Origin: Octopus sinensis
Taxonomy: Eukaryota
Direction: 5' to 3'
DNA: 64,000 nucleotides
Assembly (NCBI RefSeq): GCF_006345805.1
Contig: NC_043000.1
Location: 24,800,001-24,864,000 of the forward strand
Part shown: positions 25,985 to 39,207 of the stretch, one piece after another
How positions within the stretch are numbered: position 1 is the first letter of the stretch
How the letters are laid out: the number at the start of each line of letters is the position of its first letter
The notes under the pieces: generated by a model
The model's input: the letters and a program-made list of their open reading frames with translations, nothing else
Databases searched by the model: none
What the model was told of the DNA's origin: nothing
Translations under genes and position numbers: made by a program

Positions 25985-28320
25985 GCAGACATTGGTTCAG
26001 ATCATTATAAGGCAGATATGAAGATAGAACTGATGAAAAAATTATTTAAAAAATCTTAAAAAAAAAAAAAGAAAATCAAGGCATTTTTTGATATTGGCAA
26101 AGTTAATGAACATGACATCAGAGAACTCTATCAGTTCAACCTCAAGAACCAATATGCCACATTAAATGCAGAAACAGATATAGATCAATATTGGAGTAAA
26201 TTGAAAAACAATCGAAACAGCTGAAAACAGAAGAGAAAAATGATGATGATGATCATCATCATATGAATCATTGTCATCATCATTTAAAGTTCACTTTCCC
26301 ATGCTTGCATGAATCAGATAGAATTTGTCTAGCTCGATTCTCTACAGTCAGATGCCTTTCCTGTCACCAACTCTCAGATGTTTACAAGCAAGGTAATATT
26401 TCCCGTAGGCAGACATGTTTTTCCATGGAAGACAGAAAGACAGAAATGTAAAAACATCACTTGTTTATAGCCATCTCATGTCGTCGGGATAAGGTTACAT
26501 ACACACACAAACACGTTTATTCTTAAACAAGGTGTCTGAAGACAGTAAAGAATGAAAAATGAAAGACTAGAAATGAAAGACTAGAATTACATCAAAGAAG
26601 TGCTAAAATTAACCTAAATAATTTTTTTCAAACATTTTGGTCCCAAACAAGACTTGAGGTCAATGTAGTTTAAGGGATTACAAAGAGTGAAAAGAAGGGG
26701 CCTATAAATTTAAAAGATATTGATAGACAAAAAACTTACAGAGGGAAACAGGAGGATGATAGTGAGTTCCAGAGAACAGCACTTTGAGGAAATAAGCTAT
26801 TAGAATAAAAGGACTTATGACTAACAGAAAGCTCAACAGAGAAATGATGTGCCTGGGAAGAGGAGAGGGTGACACATGTAAAGGTCTTGGCAGAGTACTA
26901 GAGCAGAAAGCTAATCAGAACAACGATGGAAATGCTTATAGAAAAGACACAATGAAGATACAATCTGTAAATGAGTTAAAGATTCCAAACTAATAGAAAA
27001 GGAGAGGAGGACCCATCAACTTGATTTTGAATTCTGAATGAAGCAAGTTAGGACACTCAGAGGAGGTATTAGCCTAAACATGAAGGCAGTATTTAACACA
27101 AGGTCAACTATTTAAATAACCATAAGATAGATGATAATGAAATTACATTAGGAGAGGTTTAGAAAGTTTTGGAATCATTGGAAAATTACAAAGCTACAGA
27201 TGCAGACAGAATCTTAGGCGAATTTGCTAATATAGAGAAGCCAGGGTTACTAATCAAAGCAACATGATCTGGTGAGATGAGGAAACAGCAAAAGAATGAA
27301 AAAGAGCGGTCATTGTGAAACTGCCAAAAGCAATTCCAAGGACTGTCAAGCTGGAGGATAGTCTCTCTCTCTGGTGACCAGTAGACTGGTTAGTGGTTGT
27401 GTTAAACAGAATCAGGGGAGAAATTCCAAGGGACCAACAATCTGGATTTTGTGGAATGAGATCGAGCACTGTTGCAATTTTTGAATTGTGATGCATAAAT
27501 GAAAATTCTTGTGAATACAAGTCAATGGCAGACATTAACTTTGTCAGTTTCCTGAAGGTTTTAAACTGCAAACAGAAATATTCTTTGGGAAGCCCTCAGA
27601 AGTTATGAAATACCTAAATAATTAATAAACAGACATAACATAACACATTTGGAGTGGTTGGCATTAGGAAGGACATCCAGCTGTAGAAACTTTGCCAAAT
27701 CAGATTGGAGCCTGGTGCAGCCTTCTGGCTTGCCAGCCCTCAGTCAAACCATCCAATGCATGACAGCATGGAAAGTGGATGTTAAACGACGATAATGATG
27801 ATGATGATGATCATCATCGTTTAACGTCCGCTTTACATGCTAGCATGGGTTGGACGATTTGACTGAGGTCTGGCAAACCAGATGGCTGCACAATACTCCA
27901 AACTGATCTGGCAGATTGGAGTCTGCCAGATCAGATTGATGAACAAAAGCAATATATAAATTTCCAAGTGTTATGTATAAGTTAATGAAGCAATAAACAT
28001 TTTGCTGTTGAGACTTGGGCTAAACAGGGATATGTTTTGTTTCCATTCCTCTTTAATAGTGTTTCAGATTTTGGACTGATGCAGGTTGACTGAGGAAGAA
28101 CACCAAGCCACAGGCTTATTATGGGACAATGACAAGATGTTGTATGAAAAGGATTTTGCTGATAATGTTGCTTTAACTAGAAAAGATGAAAATAGTTTGT
28201 AAACCCGAATGGAATGGAACAAAAATACTTGGCATGGCACAAAACAGACTAGAGGTAGATGTGGTAAGAATGAATGACCCAACTTGCAGAGCAACAAGAG
28301 ATGGATTAAAGACTATTGAT
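25985..28320 (+). mobile_element. Old fragmented RTE LINE interrupted by younger inserts
   Basis: Collinear remnants: IGSDH (~25990), KATDADRI..EF and W*DEETAKE*KRAVIVKLPK (27190-27330), QQSGF (~27435), INFVSF.K (~27535), KQGYVLFPFLF (~28020), DFADNVAL (~28152). Confidence 0.7.
26620..27130 (-). mobile_element. CR1/L2-group LINE 3' fragment
   Basis: Minus-strand translation FYSNSLFPQSAVLWNSLSSSCFP resembles the SFFPRxxxLWNSLP C-terminal motif. Confidence 0.65.
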
Positions 28321-29515
28321 TAATCTTCTGATAACAGGTTATACTTCTTGGTTTCAAAGGAAAAGTGCACAGTAATATATATTTAAGTATAGTAACTAGT
28401 GAACCAACAAGAGAACCCTAGGCCTTCAAGAAATAGCAGCCAAATGTTCTTCAAATCATGCACTTCTATCTTAAACACAACATAAGGTATTTTTATGTAA
28501 CTTATAAAGACTGGGTGGTCACAGTTGGAATAGCTTTGATTAAATGTTTGCTCAATCAGGGTTGACTTGGGTCCAGCCTCAACAACAACAAGAACTACAA
28601 GGTGACTGATTGCAAGATTTAATTTATTCCAGAACCTTACACAGGCATAACATGAAACGTAATATCTGGAGAAGAATATAAATTCAAAACATGACATGGA
28701 AAGTTCTGCATCTTTTCCATAGAGCTATATTCAAATTTTTCTTCATACACGTGCATATATTCTGAAGGCATAGGAAGGTGTTTATGTGCATATATCCATA
28801 GCCGAAAGAGAATGTTACATGCATGCTTGTGTGTGTGTAAAAGTTTAAAGATGATGAGAGAACCTGTTGTTTTAAGAATATTTGTATAAGATAAAATAAA
28901 TGAAAATATCAGAATCACACACTGGTAGTCGCTAGAAAAATACGCTCAACTGTAAAAATTACTGTTGCAAACAGATGATTTCTGTTGTCTTTTGTGTTTG
29001 ATTTTCTCTTAATACTTTGTAATGTGGGATAGTTCAAAAGTTTGTTCTGAGATAGATACTTGATGCCCAAGCCAGTATGGAAAAGAAATTGTGATATTAA
29101 ACTCTTCATCAGAAGAAAGTTGCTTGTAACACTCGTAATGTAACACTTCAATATAATTCAGCAGATACACATAAATAAGTACACACTCCAACATGGAACA
29201 TGGACATTAAATAATAATGATGATGTGTATGATGATGATGACATATATACATACACACACACACATACTCACATATGTGCATGTCTGAGTCAACTGCAAA
29301 TCCTATTATCAATAAATTAAAATGAAGTCATATAAATTGCATAAAAGAAAGAAAGAAAAGAAAAGAAAAAGAAAGTAAGAAAGAAAGAAAGAAAGTTTTG
29401 AGGCTAACAATTTTGAATTAATAGATTTTGCTCAAGTTATTTGGTGTGATGTTGTTTGCTTCTGAAATAGCACAGCAGATAAAAAAGATAATAAATAGTA
29501 GTAGCAGCAGTTGTA

Positions 29516-29563
<48 letters not shown>

Positions 29564-30323
29564 TCAAAGATCTGTAATGCTTTGATAATTTGCAGTTAAA
29601 ATTCCTGAAGCTATGAATAAATGAAAACTGTGAGACAAAAAAAAGAAAAACTTTAAAGTAAGATCTCCCCAAAAAGGCTAAAATTCATCCCCAACCCATC
29701 ATAATTTGGTAATATATGAAAAAAGAAAAAACAAATTCATAGCTAAAAGCTTCCCTTCATCAGCACAATGATTTAACTGTACAGTAAATGTTTATCAAAG
29801 TATTCAAAGGGCCAGCCTTGTCACATCCTGTGTGAAACTGAAACTCTCTGAGAACTTTATTAAGGGTATGTAAGTCTGTGGATTGCTCAGCCACTTGCAT
29901 GTTAATTGCACAAACAGGGTCTTCCACTGATTGGATTGGCTGGAACTTTTGTCATTGTAATTGATGGAGTTTCAGTTTTTTTTTTATTACAACCATGAGA
30001 GAGAGCGAGAGAAAGAGAGACAGAGAAAGAATCTTTGTTGGTATTAGAGTACTGGAAATCTTTCGCTGACTCTTTACTTACAATTTTTCTAAAACTAACA
30101 CCAGTATAACTTATATCATAAAACAAGTGGGAAGCCACCTGGGTATTCTGCAGATAATTCTTTTTAGATATGCACCACCTCCACCCTCTCAATACCTCTG
30201 GCGGTCTGTCAGAGATTTTGTAGCATTAAGAAAAGATAGATACCAAGCTAGATACACAGATATAGATAAACATATACATATATATAAATATATCTCGTCG
30301 TTTAACGGCTGCTTTCTATGCTT

Positions 30324-30368
<45 letters not shown>

Positions 30369-31865
30369 TCATATATCCTTATATTTAAATATGTAAACAA
30401 ACATATGTATTTTTATTTTAATAACTAAACCACTAAAATCGGTTTCATTTTTTTATCTTCTTTTTTTGTATTCACTGAAGATAAATGATATCAGCTTGGA
30501 TTAATATCCAACAGTTCACTGACATGAACTGTACTTTTAAATTTGGTACTGACCTAATAGTGTGTGTATGTACACATAAGCATAGCTATGTGGTTAAGAA
30601 GTTTGCTTCCCAGCAACATGATTTCAAGTGGTGCCTTGGGTAGGTGTCTTCTACTATAGCTCTGTGTCAAACAAAGCTTTGGTTGATGGAAACTGAAAGA
30701 AGCCCATAGTGTGTGTGAGTGTGTGTATGCTTATATATCCTTGTATTAACATCTCATGGTAGTTGTAAAGAAGTGCCACTGTCATACAAGCGGTGTCATT
30801 CATCTTTAGTATTCTGTGAAAACATGTCTGGCTATGAGGAAATATAACCTTGTCCGAAAACAGAGAGAGTTGGTCACCTAGGGGGTTTCCTGTCCATAGA
30901 AATGTGCATCAATGAACACCATACAACCCTTGCAGGCATGGAAAAATGGACATTAAATGTTGGTAACATACGAGTTATATCTCCCATACTTTTCATATTT
31001 CTCTATATGCATTGAATATGTCAGCAATACATGTATATAAAATGGTGATGAGTACCAACATTAATTGTTAAGAGCTTCCTCTTTGCATGAAACCATTGGT
31101 AATCTTGTTAACCCAGAAATAAAAAAAAAAGTAGGAGTGGCTGTGTGGTAAGTAGCTTGCTTACCAACCACATGGTCTCAGGTTCGGCCCCACTGTGTGG
31201 TACCTTGGACTAGTGTCTTCTACTATAACCTCGGGCCGACCAAAGCCACTCAATTCACTCACAAGGCTTTGGTCGGCCCGAGGCTATAGTAGAAGACACT
31301 TGCCCAAGGTGCCACGCAATGGGACTGAACCCGGAATCACGTGGTTAGTAAGCAAGCTACTTACCACACAGCCACTCCTGCACCTTATAAATATGGAAGC
31401 TTCACGAAATTGCATGTCATCCTTGACGTGTCATATATATATATATACACGATGGGCTTCTTTCAGTTTCTGTCTACCAAATCTACTCACAAGGCTTTGG
31501 TCGGCCTGAGGCTATAGTAGAAGACACTTGCCCAAGGTGCCACACAGTGGGACTGAACCCGGAACCATGTGGTTTATAAGCAAGCTGTTTACCACACAGC
31601 CATGCCTCATTTTATTATCCACTTTTCCATGTTTGCATGGATCAGAAAGAATTCATTGAGGCAGATTTTCTATGGCCAAATGGCCTTCCTACTACTGACC
31701 CTCAACTACTTCCAAGCAAAGTAACAGTTTCCCATCCTTGGCTGGACATGTCTTGATATCACGTGATAGCTGTAAATGATTGTCACCATAATACAAGTGG
31801 TAGAGTTCATTTCCATTACTCTGTGAAGACACACACACACAAACAATAGGCTTCTTTCAGTTTCC

Positions 31866-32280
31866 TTATTTCTTTATTGCCCACAAGGGGCTAAACATAG
31901 AGGGGACAAAAAAGGACAGACAAAGAGATTAAGTCGATTAAATCGACCCCAGTGCGTAACTGGTACTTAATTTATCGACCCCAAAAGGATGAAAGGCAAA
32001 GTCGACCTTGGCAGAATTTGAACTCAGTATGTAACGGCAGATGAAATACCTATTTCTTTACTACCCACAAGGGGCTAAACATAGAGAGGACAAACAAGGA
32101 CAGACAAACAGATTAAGTCGATTACATAGACCCCAGTGCGTAACTGGTACTTAATTTATCGACCCCAAAAGGATGAAAGGCAAAGTCGACCTTGGCGGAA
32201 TTTGAACTCAGAACGTAATGGCAAACGAAACACTGCTGAGCATTTCGCCCAGCATGCTAACGTTTCTGCCAGCTTGCTGC
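31866..32280 (-). mobile_element. Dimeric SINE family B, inserted in a family A-type head
   Basis: Two tandem ~185-bp units joined at GAAATACC|TATTTCTTT. TSD-like TTCTTT(C/T)AGTTTCC lies on both sides. Confidence 0.88.
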
Positions 32281-33549
32281 TTCTTTTAGTTTCCCTTTAC
32301 AAAATCCACAAGCCTTAGGTCAGTCTAGAGTTGCGATGATATCAACCATAGGTCTCAACAGAATGGTTAGAGTGAGGGAGGAAGAAAGTGAGACACAGAT
32401 TGGTTCAGTAGGAAGTTTATATATCCTCTTTCCTTAGACTGGAGGCCTCTTCTGAAAGTCTACCATAGAGTGAATTTCACTAAAGGCATTGAAGTGCTAT
32501 GTGGGGGCCCTTTAGTGCAACATATTAAATGTACCACTTAAGAACAGATAAAGACTAACCACAGAGTGCTGTCTCTACAACATTGTGGAAGACTAAGATA
32601 TATAGATAAGTGGCCATAACATCATTCAGATGCTGGACTTTATAAGATTAGATAAGAATGAACTAAGACGTTTGGTAATAAGCTGCTCAGTAGATATATC
32701 CAACCCGTGCTACCTTGACTATGCCAGTGCTGCCTTGACTGGCTTCTGTGCTAGTGGCATGCAAAAAGCACCAACTGATCGTGTCCGTTGCCAGCCTCCC
32801 CTGGCACCTGTGCCTTTGGCATGTAAAAAGCACCCACTACACTCACGGAGTGGTTGGCGTTAGGAAGGGCATCCAGCTGTAGAAACACTGCCAGATCAAA
32901 TTGGGGACTGGTGCAGCTCTCTGGCTTCCCAGACCCCGGTCGAACCGTCCAACCTGTGCTAGAAAAACAGATGTTAAACGATGATGATGATGATGATAGA
33001 AGCAAGTTGAATGGGTAAGTTGAACTTGATGGGTTTCAAGCTCAGAATATAAAGGAATGCTACAAAACAGCACAAGACATACTGTTTAATGCTCTACAAA
33101 TTCTGTCAATAAATTATTGCTGTTTGGAAATCACATTTGCACCAAACAGAAAATTCTCTGTTAAAACAATGAAGCTGATGATGAACGGATGAATACTTTC
33201 TTATATACGTTTGGCAAGAGATCTGAAAACATGAATTGAAGAGAAATATATTTTGGAACAGTGATCATCATAATTATCAAATATTGAACATTGGTGCCGG
33301 TGCAAGCATTTAATAATTCCTAATTACTATTCAACCAAAATGCAATAACATACATACATGTATATATATGCTTGCTTGTTTATGCTTATTCATTGAATCT
33401 AACAATGGCTATCTTTTTCTTTTATCAGATTTTAGTTTTATTTACATAAAGATTGAATCACAATTTAATTACAAGGAAACAAAGAAAAGGAGAAAAAGAA
33501 GCGGGGGTGAGGTGGATAAAGCAGCAGAAGATGGGCAGGGGGTGAGAGA

Positions 33550-34010
33550 GTAACAGGCTGTCCACCCCCTGAACAGCATGTTCAACTGTACTCTGCAGAC
33601 ATGACTGCAATGGCACTGCTGCAGAAAACTGCCAGCAACTCTCACTGCAGCAGCTACTGCCACCGCATGGCCCACTTTTCAGATGGGCCACAGATATCTC
33701 GATTTTATGGAGGAAATTGTCAGTGCAGGGTCCAAGAACACCTGCAGACTTGATAGCAACCCGTACAAACTGATAGCAATGGGTCAGACTCTTGTATCCA
33801 TTAATTTTTCTCTCTTCAGCATTATGAGTGGTGACATCTGGGTTTGCAGCCAATACAGCAAGGCTGAAACCAGAAAATGTCTCACAGCACATCGAGTCCC
33901 AAATCAGAGATCTGGGTCCCTTATATGGTGAGAAGATTATTCCAATGAGTCTACATCTAAGTCCTTAACATACCCCCTTCAATACAAGATTGAACCTGTA
34001 ACTGCTTCAT
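33550..34010 (-). mobile_element. CRE-clade non-LTR retrotransposon C-terminal (RLE) remnant
   Basis: RSLIWDSMCCETF...HNAEERKINGYKSLTHCYQFVRVAIKSAGVLGPCTDNFLHKI...LQSTVEHAVQG resembles the CRE-type LVWDxTCxDT...AExxKxxKY...FxPxAxETxGxxG...QRLSxAVQ pattern. Confidence 0.72.
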
Positions 34011-34840
34011 TGGAGGGGTCAGGTGCACCTGTGTACATAGCGCTTTTCATTCCTGTTAGTCCTGAGTGAGCTTCCCCTTTCAATACCCACTGATAACGAG
34101 CCCTTCAAAAGGAATGGTATGTTCCACTCTTGAATACACACACATACATACAGGCATGGCTGTGTGGTTAAGAAGTTTGCTTCCCAACCATGTGGTCTTG
34201 GGTTCAGTTCCACTGTGCAGCACCTTGGGCAAGTGCATTCTACTATAGCACACCACATCTGATGCCTCTTATGCCTAACTTTTCTCTCAAGAGGCTTACA
34301 CTCTATCAAGCATGCACACTGACATTGCACATGCAGTGCAATTTGCCAAAATATTTTCATCGTGGTCTCAAAGTGACAAAAATATTTTGGCAAATTAAAT
34401 TTAAATGTTGAAGTGAATCTAACGGCTTTTGTGTGTTTCTTAAATCGCTTATAAACACCTTCCACGCTGCAATTGTTTTCGTTCCATCAAATGATCTCAG
34501 ATCAGGTCACTTGCTATGCAAGTACATCTCCCTATATTTAAAGATATATATATATTTATCTATATATAAATTTATATAAAATTATATATGGGTGTAAGTA
34601 CATGTGTACCTTAGTCTAGACATTACATGATGGTTGTAAATGAGCATCATTGTCATACATCTGAGATTGTCTGTTGCCAGTCTCTAGTGAAAAACATGTC
34701 TCTCAATGGGAAAGTATTACCTTGCTTGAAATCGGATGAGAGTTGGCAACAGGAAAGGTATCTGCCCATAGAAAATCCACCTCAACAAATTCATCTGACT
34801 CATCCAAGCATGGGAAAGTAGACATATGATGATGATGGTA

Positions 34841-34889
<49 letters not shown>

Positions 34890-35817
34890 ACATACACACA
34901 TACACACACACATATATATATATATATTATATATATATATATATATATATGTACAAACATGTGTGTGTAGATGTAGATATAATTTCATTAAAACTGGAGC
35001 AAGAAGTCTGCACAAAATGTGCAGAAAAGGTTATATTATTTATTGGTGAATTTCCAACAGATATATTGGGGACACACACCATGTTTGTACACACACACAC
35101 ACACACACACACACTTGTCTCTCTCTCTTTCTGAAGAAAGACTACAGCAAGCTATTTGTCGAATATAGAGCTTTGATATGGCTGCATAGTAAATAACACA
35201 TATTTTAACACTGATCTATTGATTATTTTGTATTAATGATTTGGTGAATCATACCAATATTACATGATCAATATACTCAATATGTAAATAACTTTCAAAT
35301 ATTTCATGCTTTCCTGCTTCCATTTTATTTTGGCTGCTTCTTTGGTAATGACTTGGTAATCAGCCAGCTAGATTAATTGAGACTGTTGTAAGTCAACGAT
35401 GTTAGCAAGTTTGTTAAAGAACAACTAAAAGAATACAAGTAGAATCTAAACTGTAATTATAATCTAAATTGTAGTTGTAACAATAAGAGCAGGTGTTTTT
35501 ATCTACCACAAAGCTGTCCCGGAAAAGCTCTAAAGTAGCAACATACTACAATCAATCAACATTTGTAAGTATGGCCTGAGATGCAGCCTTCCCATTCATC
35601 CATCCATCCATCCATCCATTCCAATCATCAGCCAAACAGGTTTTCCTTCCAATCTAATTGTTGGTGTTGAGGCACTACCTTTTTATTTATTTTTTTTGTT
35701 GTTGTTCTTCACTGACACTTCTTTTATTGGGTGAGAATCCTTAAGAAGGTGCATATTGTATGGTTGTCAACACCATACCGGTATTATGACAAGACTATGC
35801 AAGGCATTAGGATAATA

Positions 35818-36372
35818 TTGGGTTGTCCGGAAAGTTCATGCCGATTTTTAAAGGAAAGAAAAAGGTCAATAAATACTTGCCATTACATTTTTAATCAACC
35901 AAATATGAACCATTTTGTTGCACAATGTATCTCCATCTTTCCTTTAACTTGAAAATACCCTCTTCCCAGAATTGAGGTGGTTTTATGGCAAAGAATTCAT
36001 CAAGGTATCTTTTTATGTCATCCAAGGAATTGAAATTTTTACCATTAAGACTATTCTGCAGAGACCTGAATAAGTGGAAATCCAAAGGAGCAATATCTGG
36101 TGAATATGGAGGTTGGGGTAACACATCCCAGCCGAGCTGCAGCAATTTTTGTCTCGTTCTCAAAGCATCAAGTGCTGAAAATGAACTTTTCAAGGGTTAC
36201 AGAATTAACACAGGTTATAGGAACATAAACCTTCTTCCATGAAAAGATAGCTTAAACTGTGCTCTAAATGGAGGTGTAGTCAAATCCTATTTTATGGACT
36301 CAACCATGTTGTTCTAAAATAAGTCGAAAGGTAAGCTACTATAAATCGGCATGAACTTTCCGGACAACCCAA
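35818..36372 (-). mobile_element. Internally deleted mariner transposon (555 bp)
   Basis: Perfect 30-bp TIRs TTGGGTTGTCCGGAAAGTTCATGCCGATTT (35818-35847, 36343-36372) and TA TSDs (35816-17, 36373-74). Confidence 0.95.
35891..36160 (-). pseudogene. mariner transposase C-terminal fragment
   Basis: TRQKLLQLGWDVLPQPPYSPDIAPLDFHLFRSLQNSL...GIFKLKERW..IVQQNGSY contains the YSPDLAP motif and third catalytic Asp. The N-terminal part is deleted. Confidence 0.93.
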
Positions 36373-36577
36373 TAGTATGATAGGTATTATGACAAGACCT
36401 TACACTAAGTGGTATGATAAGACTATTAAAGGTATTAAGATATGAGGATGCATTATGACAAGAATATGATAGGCATTGTGACACATCTATCTAATGCATT
36501 GAGATAAGACTAAATGTAGCATTAAGACAAGACCATGCTACACACATGGCAAGATTGACAAACTAAGGCATGACAAT

Positions 36578-36742
36578 TATTTACATTTGATGGATATTTG
36601 TCTTGATCTTGTTTGTTGTTAACACACTTTGGCTGATATACCTCCCAGCCTTCATCAGGTGTCTTGGGGAAATTTCAAACCTGGGTTCTCAGTCCAAAGG
36701 TATTTTTCGATGTTATTATTATTATTATTGTTCAGGCAGTGA

Positions 36743-36781
<39 letters not shown>

Positions 36782-36961
36782 TAATAACATCGAAAAATAC
36801 TTTAGGAATGAGAACCCAGGTTGGAAGTTTCCCCAAGACACCTGATGAAGGCTTGAGAGTATATCAGCCGAAATGTTGTGTTAACAATAAACAAGATGAG
36901 GACAAATATCCGTCAAATGTAAATAAAGTACATAATTCCTCATCTCTTAAATATAGAACTG
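36578..36961 (+). mobile_element. Fold-back copy of hammerhead-containing family (PLE-like)
   Basis: Exact 14-bp TSD TAAGGCATGACAAT (36564-36577, 36962-36975). ~160-bp inverted arms. A ~35-nt tail occurs only on the right arm. Confidence 0.9.
36837..36882 (+). ncRNA. Minimal type I hammerhead ribozyme (slightly decayed)
   Basis: Stem I GACAC/GTGTT; core CTGATGA plus extra A; stem II GGCT/AGCC; GAAA; then TGTT (inferred ancestral CGTT, palindromic stem III). Confidence 0.7.
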
Positions 36962-37989
36962 TAAGGCATGACAATGTGAGACATTAAGCTAAGACTATGT
37001 GAGGCATCATAGAAAGAAATATGAAAAGTTTTGGCAATGACGAAACGGTTAAGACTTGTAAAAATGATTTTTGCAGAATAAAATCTGTGATTATGGCAAC
37101 AGTTAATCTCCTCTACATTCCACCATCAAAAGGAAAAAAAATGAAAAAAACAAAAACAAAAAAAAATGGTATAATTGCTGAAGGAATCAGATTCTTGCTA
37201 CAACACAATGTGACTGAATTTATTCTCAAGGATTATGTGAGTCAGCTTGTTTTGTTAATTTGATTAAAAAAAAGACTTAAAAAGACTGGAACTAAAAGAT
37301 AGAGTGCAACAGAAGGTGATACGATTCCTACAAAACATATTTGGCAAGCAATCATCAGAGCATCGTACATTGTATAAACACATTGGAATATATTCAATGA
37401 AGGGGATCTGAAGGGTAATGCATGCATTGAATTCATTCAACAGCTTGAAATGATTTCTAAATTTCAGATGATTGCATAAATAGATAAATAAAATGGGAAA
37501 GAGAATTTGATCTTGATGTTACCATTTTGTCATATGTTGAGAGAAGCAAATATATAAATGTCATTTTGGGGGAAAAAACATGCATTATCAAAATGTCTTT
37601 ATTTTAATGAGAAAAATGGATCACTTCCAGGCAATATGTAAATCCACAAAATAAACAGGTGAATAAATAAAAAACGTTTGAGGGAATTGAGCATGAAGAT
37701 TCCGCTAGTACTTGTGAAGTCAGGATATAATAATACTTCAGCGATCAATGTGAAAAACTCAATAATGTTAGCGCTGAGATGCAAGTTGATTGACACTAAC
37801 AGTCTGGTAACTGTAATATCTCGGAACTGAAAGGATCTGAAGCTGAAACAATTTCATGGATCACTCACGGAAATTTAGAGAAAGTTTGATGCCTTAATGG
37901 AAACTGATAAGGGGGAAACAAACAAACAAACACACACACACACACACACTAAACAGGTTGTGTTGTTGTAGGTGGTTGTTGTAAGTGAA

Positions 37990-38280
37990 AGCATGTGGCT
38001 TAGTGGTTAGGGTGTTCGGCTCATGATCGTAAGGTCATAAGTTCGATTCCTGGCAGTGTTTTGTATTTTTGAGCAAGACGCTTTATCTCACGTTGCTCCA
38101 GTTCACTAAACTGGCAAAAATAAGTTGTACCTGCAATTACAAAGGGCTGGCCTTTTCACATTCTGAGTCATATTGAACCTCCCTGAGAACTATGCTAAAG
38201 TTATGCATGTCTGTGGAGTACTCAGCCATTTGCACATTGGATCAACTAGAGCCCTTACCATCATAACCGATGGAATGCCA
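37990..38280 (+). mobile_element. tRNA-derived SINE (family F)
   Basis: A box TGGCTTAGTGG, B box AGTTCGATTCC, then TTGAGCAAGAC. Its 3' part recurs at 29800-29970. Confidence 0.75.
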
Positions 38281-38799
38281 GGAGGTATAACAGAAAGTAA
38301 AAAGATCATAGCTTCCTTGGTATGGAGACTGCAGAATTTTGATACTTCAACATTAATCCATGAGACTAAAGCACCTTGTCAGTTTTGGGAGATTAACTCT
38401 TTCAGTATCAACCTGCCTAGGATCACCCTTGATTCCATGATACAAATTTCCAGTTTTAAAGTAATCCAAAATAAAACCTTTCACCAAAATTCCATGTTAA
38501 TTTATGTTTCAGACATCAGCTTAACAAGAACAAGCTTATTTCACTAAATTCTTCATTCTTTTCAAAATCTATAGAAACAAAAGCAAAGAGTTTCAACTCT
38601 TTTTTGTATGGCTAGAAAAGGGTTAAGAGGTTTCAAATCTACCATTTTTCTCAAAGGAGATATTAGGCCATGTTATTTTGAAGCAAGACCATTGCCAATA
38701 TATATATATATTTATTAAATTACTAGACACAGTGAAGCAGGAGAAACTAATTGATATCATCATTATCATCATTTAATGGCTGTTTTCCATGTTAGCATT

Positions 38800-39207
38800 C
38801 TCTTTTACTCTTTTACTTGTTTCAGTCATTTAACTGTGGCCATGCTGGAGCACCGCCTTTAGTCGAGCAAATTGACCCTAGAGCTTATTTTTTGTAAGCC
38901 TAGTACTTATTCTATCGGTCTCTATTACCGAACCGCTAGGTTACGGGGATGTAAATACACCAACATCGGCTGTCAAGCGACCCTGGGGGGACAAACACAG
39001 ACACGCAAACATATACACACACATACATATATAAACATATATACGACAGGCTTCTTTCAGTTTTCGTCTACCAAATCCACTCACAAGGCTTTGGTCAGCC
39101 CGAGGCTATAGTAGAAGACACTTGCCCAAGGTGCCATGCAGTGGGATTGAATCCATGACCATGTGGTTGGTAAGCAAGCTACCTACCACACAGCCACTCC
39201 TGCGCCT
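38800..39207 (-). mobile_element. SINE family A, full length
   Basis: Matches the consensus. It is head-to-head with a plus-strand copy at ~39355-39692. Confidence 0.9.

Larger units (their letters stand above)
35775..37010. repeat. Degenerate ~23-bp minisatellite (GCATTATGACAAGACTATG-like) hosting two insertions
   Basis: Units are visible at 35781, 36383, 36410, 36450, 36495, 36519 and 36980. It is interrupted by the mariner and the fold-back element. Confidence 0.65.

Noticed and set aside
33458-33892. 144-aa ORF as a host gene
   Set aside because: Motifs match a CRE-type retrotransposon endonuclease region with frameshifts upstream.
34336-34533. Segment with internal hairpin AATTTGCCAAAATATTTT / AAAATATTTTGGCAAATT
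   Set aside because: Probably a fragment of an interspersed repeat. No second terminus or TSD was found, so it could not be classified.
36578-36961. MITE interpretation of the long inverted repeat
   Set aside because: The inverted repeat is not terminal on the right (35-nt tail), the TSD is 14 bp, and the second family member has different arm lengths.
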